In this document: piece by piece, positions 12,900-24,764 of the stretch | How the letters are laid out: each line of letters begins with the position of its first letter | Position numbering within the stretch: position 1 is the first letter of the stretch | Source of the DNA: Cycas panzhihuaensis | Taxonomy: Eukaryota; Plantae; Cycadophyta | NCBI GenBank assembly: GCA_023213395.1 | Contig: CM041465.1 | Location: forward strand, 119,915,741-119,979,740 | Reading direction: 5' to 3' | Length of the DNA stretch: 64,000 nt | Notes under the pieces: generated by a model | Databases searched by the model: none | Seen by the model: only the letters and a program-made list of their open reading frames with translations | Told to the model about the DNA's origin: nothing | Program-made: the position numbers and the translations under genes

Positions 12900-13324
12900 G
12901 GTGGAGCAACTTACCAGTTGAATCAGCTGATTGTACTATAACATGTTGCATGAAGTTGAGGCAAAATCGAATGGCCTTGATACTGGAACGTGATTCAATT
13001 CGGTATATAACATAAAATACAAAAAAATTAAAAAACAGAAAAACAACCGTAACTCATATCATACAAATAAGCAATATGGTAAAGCATGGAGGAAAGATAT
13101 ATTATCATACAGAAAATCAAGGGAAAGTTGAACAAAACAAGACAAAGGCATTAAAAAAAAAAAAACCGCCAATAGATGAGGATTTATTAACCAAGAATGG
13201 CGACCAAGTAATGGAGCAGAGGCAGCAGGGGCAGCCTTAGAACAGAGAGGGGGAGGAATACCCCAAATTTTGAATTTTTTGTTGAGCAAGGATGCTCAAC
13301 TCAATCATGTTGACCCGGGATAGA

Positions 13325-14230
13325 TGTTGGGACATATTTTGACACATAGACCTTGAGGAAGACAGAATACAGGCTTGTATTGACTAGAGGAATGCAGGTA
13401 TGGACTATACGGAGGTACGCATAGTGGAAAAAGGTGGAAAATATGCAACTGCACGTATGATGAGATACAAACACGTTACGTACCTTTCTGGGTATGCATT
13501 ACAGAATGCAGATCGTTTTCGGTATGCTAGCAAACAACAAGGTACATATGGACAGATATGACCCAAAGACACCCAGAAATGATGACGTCAGCCCAAAAGG
13601 ACATATGTACAGATGTACGGATCATAAAAGACACCATTAAGGAGACTTAATCAAGTGTTAAAAGTGAAAGGGTACCTTGGTGACAAAAAGGTATGGTTAT
13701 GACTTTGGGTCATAACCTTTCACCCAAAAGGCATCAGAGGGACATATTTAATGATGCTTTGAGGACCATTCCAGTGTGAGAACCGAGTGATTCAATCCTA
13801 TGGTATACTCTCAAGGGTGAGAGCCAAGTATTGAGACATGCAATGGTACGGAAGCCAATACGTATGACAGCAGCCCAAAGCAGTGTATAATGTTGTGTAG
13901 CGTCTGGGTATGCATGTGACAGTAACAGTGTATGTGGCTGGAATGCACAGGGAATGCATTCCATCACCTTGTGTACAAAGACTTATTGCTCAATAAAAAG
14001 AAGAGTTATGTGGAAATTGTTGATTCTCTGTGTTTTATAAAGATTGGATGCTGAATATGTGCTGACTATTGTATTGTTGTGTGCAAACTGTGATATAATT
14101 ATGTGGAATTGTTAATAATTCTGTGTGATCTATGTGGATGATTATGTTGACTGTATCCTAGACTAGACTACCTGTGTTACCTTGACAAGTGTACCTTTCT
14201 CACAAGTGTAGTGAGAAACCGAAGTCAACA
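13325..14230 (+). repeat. 3' LTR
   Basis: TGTTGGGACATATTTTG...AAGTCAACA followed by TSD CATAC. Confidence 0.95.
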
Positions 14231-14535
14231 CATACAATCCCAGAGGAATCACTCAAACCAAGAAAAATCAACCAAACCTTCTCCTCTTTTCTTGCTTACC
14301 TTTGCTATCATACCCTCTCCCATGAGGGAGCCATTTGCCCTCTCTCCAAGAGAGGATAGTAGAAAGCCTATTTAGTCTACTCAGTAATCTGAGAGGCCCA
14401 AACTCCCCACAACTCACAATCTTACACACTAGCCAAATCTACATACCAACTAAAACTACACACCAATTACATCCACATACCTATCAAACCTAAAACCTTG
14501 TATGCAAAGAAGGGAACACGTGTTAGGCAAGTCCC

Positions 14536-15435
14536 AAAGGTAAGCAAGAGAAGAGGAGTAGGTTTGGTTGATTTTTCTTGATTTAATTAATTCCTTTGGG
14601 ATTGTATGATGGTGGTGTATTTTGCTTAGGGTTTATTGTTGATATGGTATGTTTATATGCGTGTTGTAATAAAGCGAAACAACTAAAGAATGTAATGAAG
14701 AAGCAATATGAAATTGATATTGAGCATCACTATCATTAGGCACTCTTTTTCTTTTTTATCCTAGAGAGTCTATAGGACTACATGCTAATAACAAAAAAAA
14801 GAGATGCCAATGTAATTGAGAGTTAAAGCAAAGAAAATAAAAAGTAGTGTCTCCCCTTTTACATGTGGGTCTAATGCAACACCTCCCCCCCCTAATTTGC
14901 CTTTTACAATGAAATGAAAGGGAAGAGAGAGACAAGTATCTTTTCTTTCACAATGATCCTTTTTCTGTGCATGCAATGAGAGATGTCTTCTAAATAAAAC
15001 CTTTATCATTTTCTTTATATGGAGATGCAATCTATGGAAGCAAACCCAAAAGAGAGGGAGAAGATTGTTTCAATGGGGGGAGTAAAGTGGAAGAACATCA
15101 ACAAAAATTTAAACAATCACAAAGAGAATAAGCTTTTAGGAAGGCGCACCCGGTTCGTGACGACTCTAGCCTTATTCCTCTTTGATCTCCCTTTGCTTGA
15201 GTTGAAGACTCCTTTGCCGTGAAAGAGTTGGAAGGCGATGGGGCTCTACTTACCTGCCCCGAGCTTAACTAAAAGTAATATGTAAACAAGTGAAAAGCAA
15301 AGTACATGCAAAAAATGCAAATAGAGAGCTTACCTTAAGGGATGTAGTTCACCTCTATTTCAAGCTATTTTGGAGAAGCTTGCTCTCCACCCTGCATGCA
15401 TGTTAGAAAATTTTCCAAGCAAAATATTTGCAATG

Positions 15436-15468
<33 letters not shown>

Positions 15469-16955
15469 ATCTCATAAACTACCATCTACATTCAACCAAA
15501 GAGAGTACAAACACCACATGCAAGCATTAATATTATTTTCAAGAGATCTAAGTGTAAGAAGGGTAAGAAAGATAAGGAAAAGGAGCGAGGGGTGCCTAAG
15601 TATGGCACTAGCCTCCCCAGTGAAGGTGGTCTCCTTGGTGAAGCCAAGGGAAACCTTCCTATCCCTACAACTTATGTTACAAATCAATAAAAGAGAGGTG
15701 GGACACAGTAGCAAAAGGGATTCTCAATAGTCAATAGCATGTAATCATAGTACCATATGACAACATGGCCAATATTAGAGTGGAGGGTGCATGCTCAAGG
15801 AGATCTAGCACCATATAGCTTGGAAGGGGATTACCCAAAGAGCAAGGTGGTGCAAGAGTTGATGACTGCACCTATAGCCCTTCTCAAACTTCCTATAGCT
15901 GCTAGTGTATTGCTCCAATTCCTCCTCCAATAGAATGGTAACAACTATGTAGTGTTTCAAACTCAAACAAGGGAATTTCCTCAATGTTTGAGAATGAAGC
16001 CAAAAATGGTTATGATCCACAATCTGAAAACTTAAGAACAAGAAAAATTGAGTTAAATAACTCAGATTAGAGCCAAGCATGAATGTTTTCACTGAATACA
16101 ATCAAAAAAATCCTTGGATCTTACCAATTTCACATTAAGATGCTTGTAGTTTGGACTGAATTAGTAGAAGAATACCTCCCTTAACTCTTGGAAGAGTGAA
16201 TTTCATGAGAAGCCAAGTAAACCAGAGGAGGAGGAAAAATGCAGAAGAAGAAGAAGAGATCTTTTTCAAAACAGAGAGCTTTTTTTATCTTTAGAATTCC
16301 AACAGTGGATTGGCAGTTCTTCCCAAGAACAAGAATTAGCCCCCTTTCATTTGAAAAATTCCACTCTAATTCAAGCAAAAGTGGTACATTGATTAATTAG
16401 CATGCTCACTTGGACCATTGTGCACCCATTTGGGCTTGCCACGAGGTGCCATGCATGTCAGGGGAGCATTAATGATGAACTTTGAATGTTGTTGGCCGTG
16501 TGCGACTGTTGTAACAGTCGCATTGCGAAGTTATTTGCAGTACTGCGAACTACTTCGTGGGACAAGCAATAATCAAAGTGAGATAGCAGCAATATACCAG
16601 AATTTGACCAAAGAGCTACAAACTCCTACTTCAGACTTCTGCAAACTAGCCCTAAGGTCTCTAAGTGACGAATCACATGCAGTCGAGGCAAAAGAATTCA
16701 GTGGAACAAGCAGTGATGAGACAATACTTGATGAGGATGAAGTTGTAGGGAACACAGAAGGGTCGCCTTGCCAACCAATAGACCACAACTGGGGGGCTCT
16801 AAGGCCATTGGATCGGAGTCTTGATCGTCATCGGCATGGAAGCAAACACAGGCAAGCCAAACAAACCAAGCAAGCACGCACACAGCAATCACTCAAGCAT
16901 CACATAAAGCGAAAAAGCACAAGGAATGCAACAAGAGGTGAGACAAAAATGCATC
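14536..16955 (+). repeat. unclassified repeat A, right (inverted) arm
   Basis: Reverse complement of 5795-8153 plus 14231-14303; both arms contain the same (TA)n(TG)n microsatellite. Confidence 0.85.
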
Positions 16956-18312
16956 AAGAGGTGAGGGGTGCCTCAGGATGGCATTAGCCTCCTCAATGAA
17001 GGTGGTCTCCTTGGGGAAGCTAAGGGGAACCTTCCAATCCCTTAGGCAACAAATCAATAAAAGAGAGGTGGGACACAATAGCAAGAGGGATTTTCAATAG
17101 TCAATAGCATGTAATCATAGTACCATATGGCAACATGGCCAATATTGGAGTGGAGGGTGCATGCTCAAGGAGATCTAGCACCATATAGCTTGGAAGGGGA
17201 TTACCCAAAGAGCAAGGGGGTGCAAGAGTCGATGGCTGTACCTATAGCCCTTCTCAAACGTCCTGTACCTACTAGTGTATTGCTCCAATTCCTCCTCCAA
17301 TAGGATGGTAACAACTATGTAGTGTTTCAAAGTCAAATAAGGGAATTTCCTCAATGTTTCAAGAGAATGAAGCCAAAAATGGTTATGATCCACAATATGA
17401 AAACTTTAGAACAAGAAAAATAGAGTTAAATAGCCCAGATCAGAGCCAAACATGGATATTTTCACTGAATACAATTAAGAAAATCCTTGGATCTTACACA
17501 TTACACATGAAGATGCTTGTAGTTTGGATTGAATTAGTAGAAGATTACCTCCTCTAACTCTTGGAAGAGTGAATCTCATGAGAAGCCGAGTGAACCAGAG
17601 GAGGAAGAAAAGACGAGAAGAAGAAGAAGAAGAGCCCTTTTTCAAAATTGAGAGTTTTTCCTTTATCTTTAGAATTTAAACAGTGGATTGGCAGTTCTTT
17701 CAAAACCTTGAATTAACCTTGTTTCATTTGAAAATTTTCACTCTAATTCAAACAAAAGTGGCAAGTTGATTAATTAGCATGCTCACTTGGATCATTGCAC
17801 ATCCATCTGGGTTTGCCATGAGGTGCCATGCATGTCAGGGGAGCATTAATGATGGATTTTGAATGTCACAGATCGCATGTGACTGTTGTAATAGTCGCAC
17901 CGTGAAGTTATTTGCAGTACTGCAAACTACTTCGCAGGACAAGCAACAATCAGCGGGATAGCATCAATATACAAGAATTTGACCAAAATGCTATAAACTC
18001 CTAGTTCATACTTCTGCAAACTAGTCCTGGGGTCTCTAAGTGACTAATCACATGCAGTTGAGGCAAAAGAATGAAGTGGAACAAGCAGTAATGAGCCAAA
18101 ACTTGATGAGGATGAAGTTGTAGGGAACACAGAGGGGTCGCCTTGCCAACCGGTAGACCACAACGAGAAGCTCTAAGGCCATTGGACCGAAGTCTTGGTT
18201 GTCATCGGCATGGAAGCAAACACAGGCAAGCCAAACAAACCAAGCAAGCATGCACCCAACAGTCACTCAAGTATCACATGGAGCGAAAAAGCACAAGGAA
18301 TGCGACAAGAGG
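16956..18312 (+). repeat. repeat A, partial tandem copy of about 15580-16940
   Basis: ORFs 17175..17393 and 15805..16101, and 18048..18266 and 16698..16892, are paralogous. Confidence 0.85.
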
Positions 18313-18389
18313 GACAATAGCAATTGGATGCAAAGGGCCTAATCTAGAAGGGCGTCCTATCTTGGTAAGCAATGATTGTTTGCACGCAC

Positions 18390-21300
18390 CCCTCAACTAT
18401 ACTATCAAGTTTTTCTTTGACTTTGTACACCCATTTGCAATCAATAATGGATTTATCCTACGGAGCTTTAACTAACTCCCAACTTTTGTTCTTGGCAATT
18501 GCAGTCATTTCAACATCCATTGTTGTCCTCCATTCAAAACATTGGTTGGCTTCTTCATATGCTTGAGGTTTGACTGAACAAGACAACGCTTAATGCTTTT
18601 GACACCTTGTTCTTTGTTCAAACAAGTTACCTTTTGTTTCCTCAATAATTTTGAGATACCATTTAGGTACCTTCTTTGGAGGTGTGCTTCCGGTCTGCTC
18701 TTCTTCTGAGATGCTTTGTTCCATAACCGAACTTGTTTGGCTACTATTTAGAGAGCTTTCTCCATAGGATTCACTTCTGGTCTCACTGGCATCTTTTGAC
18801 ATGACTCCAGATACTTGTTTAACAAGAACATGAATAGATGACTTTGTAGATTACTCTATTGGTTGGCAGATTGTCTGATCTTCTCCAACAGTTCATTCAT
18901 CAAAAACAACATCTCTATTGAAATAGGTTTTATTTGTTTTGGGGTCTATGCACCTATAGACCTTGGATTTATTACTATAACCTATCATTATGCATTCTAT
19001 ATTTTTATTATCTAGCTTAGTTCATTTCTTATCAAGGACGTGAACATAAGCTTTACAACCAAAGACTATAAAGTTGCTTACGTCTAATTTTCTCCCCGTT
19101 CAAGCTTCTTGAGATGTTACTTAGCTCTATGCTTGAGTAGGACTCCTACTGATGAATAATATTGCTATATTAACTATTTTTGCCCAATATGTTTGTGTAA
19201 CAACTCTATCTTGTATTAGACTTCGAGCCATCTCCATTAGGGTCCTGTTCATTCGCTCTACTACACCATTTGAATTTGGTGTATAGGGTGTCGTGACTTA
19301 TCGATGAATTCCATGTAGTCTAAAAAATGAAGGAATTCTTTCGACACATACTCTCCACCTCCATTAGGTCGAAGACATTTAACTTTGAAATCACTCTCAA
19401 GTTCAACTTCAGCTTTGACTTCTTTAAAGCAATCAAGAGAATTTGATTTGCTAAAAAGAAAATATACCCACGTTTTACTGGAGAAAATACTGAGCTCCAT
19501 TAATTGAACTAGGAGTAATGGGCCCGCAAAGATTTGAATGAATCAACTCCAATTTCCTTTGTGCACGCCATGTACTTCCCTGAAAAGGACCTCTATGTTG
19601 TTTACCCAACATGCAACTTTTATAAACAAAAGAATTGAATTTTATGTCTAGGAGTCCAACAACCATGTTAGAATTTTCTAACAATTCTAAATGTTTATTT
19701 GAGATATGTCCATTCTTAGAATGCTAGATTTTATTATCAGCAATGTTGAAAGCAACAAAAGACTTTATATTTGAGTTTGGCATAACTGGAGTCCAAATTA
19801 AATTATATAGATTGTTACTTTCTCTCCCCTTTGCAATTACAACTCCTCCTCTTTTCATATCACAAATGAGACAACAACCACCTTCATCCAATATAACTCT
19901 AAGTATCCTTTCTTTTAACTGGGACACAAACAACAGATTTTTCTTCATACTAGGTACAAAGAGTACATCTCCAATTTTTTTGATTTTATTGTCAATTTTA
20001 ATAGCAATCACTCCTATTCCCTGATTGTGAAGAGGAAAGTTATTGCCCAATTCAATAGACCTATTAAATGAATGTGGTCTTAGAGATTCAAACTACTCTT
20101 CTTATCCAGTCATGTGGTTTGACACTCTTGAGTCGATATACCAATCATCTTTTAGACTAGTAGCCAGTGCAGCGACAAATGCAATTTCTTCCTCATCTTC
20201 TTCCTTATACTACTCATTATTGTAATTTCTTGCAATTCTTTTCCCTCTCTGGATTTCAGCAGATCTTTGAGAACACTGGTAAGGGAAATGTCCCAATTGC
20301 CTGCAATAATAACAACTTGGAGTATTAAAGGCTCTACAATCACTAGAAAAAATGTCCAGGTCTTCCGTAGTTGAAGTAGACTCTAGAGTCTCTAGGAGGA
20401 ACTGACCTTGTTCTTCCTTTTCCTTCTTTCCAATCGCCTCTATTTCAACTGTCAAACCAGCTTCTATTTCATGTTGATTGTGTCCTAGGAAATCTGCTTC
20501 ATCCTTTGGAAGGGAATTGAGCTTGTCCTCGACTTCCTAGACTCAATCTAGTGAGGCAAGCTTCCTCTATCTCTGTTTCTTCTTTGTATCTCTTATTCCT
20601 TTATTCCTGGTGAAGCATGTGTCTTGTCAAGGTTTCAAAGGACACATTAGCAGTATGAACCCCACTAGTGAGGGTATTGACCATGTTATCAAAAGATTTT
20701 GGTAACTTATTAATAATCAAACGAACAAGTTTAGTGTCATAAATATTCTCTCCTGCTGTGACAAGATCATTTTTTATAACATTGGACACAAATTCTGAAA
20801 CAGGTTGCTTTTCCTTGAGATGAAATTTGTAGAGTTCTTCTCTCAGTGCAACTATCCTGGCCTCATTTTTTTGACTGAAGAACATTGTCACAATTCGCCA
20901 TATATCTACAAAAGAAGTTACTCCTCCAATATGTGACAACAAAGGGTCGGAGATCGAAAGCATGAATGGCTCTAGCATGATTATCCCTGTCCTCCCAACT
21001 TATTATGTCAATAATGCCTGTCAATTTTTTTCCATCTCCGGTTATAATTTTCCATGCATTCTTAGCCCTTAAGAGACCTTCGATTTTTAATTTCCAAGTA
21101 TCGAAATTATGAGAAGTGAGATTATCAGTTTCATTTAATGAATACATTGATGATGCCATCTTGTAGAGGAAGAATTTAAGACAGATATTACCCAGAATGA
21201 TGAGATCTTTCAAGAGAAATTTGCAAATTTTCTATGCCCATGATTTCTAAAAAGCTGGCAAAACTCCACTTTAACCTTCGAATTTGAATTCAATCCTTTT

Positions 21301-21753
21301 GGAGAAAATTGTTTGTCTATTTAAAACATCTTTGCTAGTCAAATTTCAACAAAATCCGAGTACTTGAAAAAAAATAAAAAACTCGTCTATATAGTTTGTA
21401 CAATCTTTTCGCACAATGAAAAATAATGATCTTTTTTTTAAACAGCCCTTCAAAAGACTTTATCAAACAATAGAAACAATAACTTCAGATAACCTCTTCA
21501 GAAACCAAAAGGAACTGAACTAGATTTGAAGCTTGGCTCTAATACCAATGATAAAAACAAAATTGAAGAGAATGAATAGTACTTCATTGATTGGTGAGAG
21601 GGGGAGATCTCTCTTATGTACAACTAATTTACATAACCGATTAGTACATGAATGACAATTATCAAGTGTCATCTTAAGACACAAAAAGGGCAATGACACT
21701 GAAGAATATCTAAGAATACAAATTGTTACATTTGTTATATTAAATGTTAGTCA
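18390..21753 (-). mobile_element. decayed Ty1/copia element, 5' half (LTR, PBS, gag, protease, integrase, start of RT)
   Basis: PBS TGGTATTAGAGC (reverse, 21536-21547); LTR from 21549 to about 21753; gag WKLKIEGLL, integrase ELIHSNLCGP and CLRPNGGGEY, RT start CKWVYKVK; same family as the copia at 49654. Confidence 0.85.
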
Positions 21754-21789
21754 AAGTAGTTGTAACTAAAATCTTGAATGTTCAGATGA

Positions 21790-22020
21790 CGGTCTGGTCG
21801 TAAGTGCAACTGCAACCAGGTCACACTCTAAAGTATCTCTGCAATCCAGTTGCCTTCTGAACTACAATTGCAACCTAATCACACTTGTGATCCCAATTAC
21901 GACCTGGTCGCACTTTCAGCTACAATTGTGACATGGCCGCACCCTTGGCTACAATTATGACACAATCACACTTCCGGCAATGATTGCGACTTGATCGTAA
22001 CTCCAGGTGCAATCACGACT
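21790..22020. repeat. degenerate tandem array of about 29-bp units
   Basis: Recurring CTACAATTG(C/T)GACCTGGTCGCACTT-like unit, about 6-8 copies. Confidence 0.6.
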
Positions 22021-22444
22021 TCATCTTACCTGCACCACCCGGTCGTGCCTATTATTACTATCATGATAAAACATTATTTTAACATTAACCAAAACAAGTA
22101 TCTGCAGTTATTCTACGACATCTCCGCCCTAAAGATAATAACTTTAATGTCTTATCGACAATACTCAAACATTTGTGTTTGAAAACACAAATTTATGAGG
22201 AGTTTCTCTACTTCAAAAAGTGGCCAGCAAACACCTAGCGAATTGCTAATTTGTCCATACAATGTGCATCACCATAAACTATCTAAAATAAAGTATCTCA
22301 ACTAATGAAAACAGATTATAGCATGTAACAGAGATACTATGTATTAAAACATTCGCATCTACTATCCTATAGTATTGAACTACACTAATAGATCTTAGAT
22401 CAGCCCAACAAATAACAAATTCAGCTAATATTGCACCTAAACAT

Positions 22445-22774
22445 GCTCTAATACCATGTAGAAATTCAAAAGCATGGAGAAAAGCTAAATGATATAGGTA
22501 GACCTATTCAACTTTAAGAAAATTAATTTTGTTAAAGTAAAAATTAATATCTCATTCCCATAAAATTCCTCTCTTTCAACTAGTGCTTGGATACAATCCT
22601 AAAAAGGAAAATTGATCTCTAAAGATCAACACATATGAGTTGGATTGTGTAACCCCCAATGGCTCGCCAAACTCGTATAAAAGAATTAATAGTGCTAAAA
22701 TACAACAACTAAGAGGGAGGCACATAACCCAAGGTTATGAGCCACATAAACATTAAATATCAACAATTCTAACA
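22445..22774 (-). mobile_element. LTR plus tRNA-iMet PBS remnant of another LTR element
   Basis: GCTCTAATACCA (reverse-complement PBS) at 22445-22456 followed by TG at 22457 and a plausible CA end at 22774. Confidence 0.5.
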
Positions 22775-23690
22775 CCTAAGGCAGATCAATTCTAAGGATT
22801 TCAAAAAAAAAGGAAGAAGAGAAAGAGATCAATTCTTGAACTTAAAGCTCCAAGGGACTGCTTGCAGGAACCTAGCCCAACAAAGGCAATCGTCAATTGA
22901 TGGGGAGAATGATAGACCTAGGGTTGATGAAGAATAAATTTCTATGGTGTAGGTTCAAACTTATTTAAGGGGGGAAATTTTGTGGTAAATTTGTTGCAAA
23001 TCTGTTATGCAAGCCCCAAAAGACATTTGATTGATGAAGTGAAAGTGTTCATTGGAAGCTAAAAGATCAATCCAGGAGTGCAGGCCTATAAAGAGCATTG
23101 GGGTTTGACAATTGTTGACAAATCTGGCACATGACAAAATGCAGGAGGTTTCAAACCAATTATAAAATCAGTATTGAAGCGAAATCACAATTGGGTTGTG
23201 GTTGCCCAAACCCTAGCAACAATTTCTAGAGAGGGTTTAAAACCTAGTTGAAGCAAAGTAAAATGAGAGCTTCATAGCTTGGAAAAAGGTGATCTAAACT
23301 AGAGAAAATGCCATGTGAGCACGTAAGAGTTGAGATTTGTTTAAAGAACTACAGAATCAATTCTAAAGCATTGAAGCACATATGCTAGAGGCCACATGCC
23401 AAGAATAATCTACACAAAGATGTCTATTGTTGACTGTGGTGGTCTATTTATGGAGGTCTACTATAGTAACATGTGGACTGTGAGAAAATGAAAGATGAAA
23501 TCAAGAAATACCAGTACGTGGGTGAGTGAGAAAACCCTAGTAGGTAGCATGTGTGTGTGAAGTGAGTAGGCGGAAGGCATTAAGTCGTTGAAGTGACATA
23601 TGGGCCCAACACCATGGCAAATCTATTCGCAGTTGCATAGAATAAGAGTGACTGCCTAATGAGAGAATGTAGAGCCACCATGCATACACT

Positions 23691-24509
23691 TGTTGACTTA
23701 TAGATTCACACCCTTTGTGAGATCAATACACTTGTCAAGGTTACACAGCGCTATAGTCTAGTTTTAGGACACTGTCAACATGGTTATTCATATACATTCC
23801 ATATAAAATTCACAGAATGGTACACAATGATGCAATCAATACATACTTGACAAATCATCATCACACACCAAGAATACACCAATTTCCACGTAACTCTTTC
23901 TTTTATTAATTCAACAGTTCAATTACACAAGAAATTTGGAATGCATTCACGAGCATTCCAAAGACATCTGATCATACGTACATATGCGTACCCGGATGGT
24001 ACTTATCACATCTCCATGCTCCAATCGGTGTCATCATCGTCTTGTCTCTGTACTCTTGCGTGCCGTGATATCCGGCTCTCACCCTAACCAGGGTGAATCA
24101 TGCGTACCTCCTTAAGTTTTCTGTTGGTACCTTTTGGGTGAAGGGTTATGATCTGCATCATAACCGTACCCCTTCAGTCATGCGTACCTCTTCAATTTAT
24201 GCGTACCTCTTCACTTAATCACTTTGTTTGTTCTTAATTAATTATTCCTTTGGGTCCGTGCGTAAAATGCGTCGTCGCACCTCGGTCTTCACCGGTCCCA
24301 CAGGTCATGCGTACCACCGCTTTGATTCCATTACGCCGTGATGCGTTCACTCATGCGTGCCCGTTCGGTGCCTTTTGTCATACGTGCCGAATGCTCGTTT
24401 TTGCGTTTTGCCTCGTGCGTACCTCCGTACGGTCCGTACCTGCACAACTCGGGTTCTCTGACCTACCTCTGGTCCTCACACAGCCATTGAGTCAATTTTA
24501 ATGCCAACA
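23691..24509 (-). repeat. 3' LTR
   Basis: TGTTGACTTATAG...ATGCCAACA; direct repeat of 33232-34049. Confidence 0.95.
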
Positions 24510-24764
24510 TCTATCCCGGGTCAACAGTTATAGGTTTGAGCATCCTTGCTCAACAAAACTCCGAAAATCAAAATTTTAGGGTATCCCTCCCCCACTTTGT
24601 CTCAAGGCGGCTCCTGCTGCCTCGGTCCTCCCAAAATCTCTTCATTTATCTGTGTCAGGGTAGCAATAATGGCATCCTTCTCCTTTATTTTCTCCTGAAG
24701 GGCCGCTATCTCTGCTTTGTACCCTGCCTCCATATCCTGAATCATTTGAATAATTGGCTCCGCT

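Larger units (their letters stand above)
8154..14230 (+). mobile_element. non-autonomous Athila-like Ty3/gypsy LTR retrotransposon (RT, RNase H and integrase core deleted)
   Basis: Two 906-bp LTRs, 5-bp TSD CATAC (8149-8153 and 14231-14235), PBS, gag, protease and integrase C-terminal remnant. Confidence 0.95.

Noticed and set aside
22965-23000. PPT-like AAGGGGGGAAATTTTG as the start of another LTR
   Set aside because: No partner LTR, PBS or coding remnant to support it.
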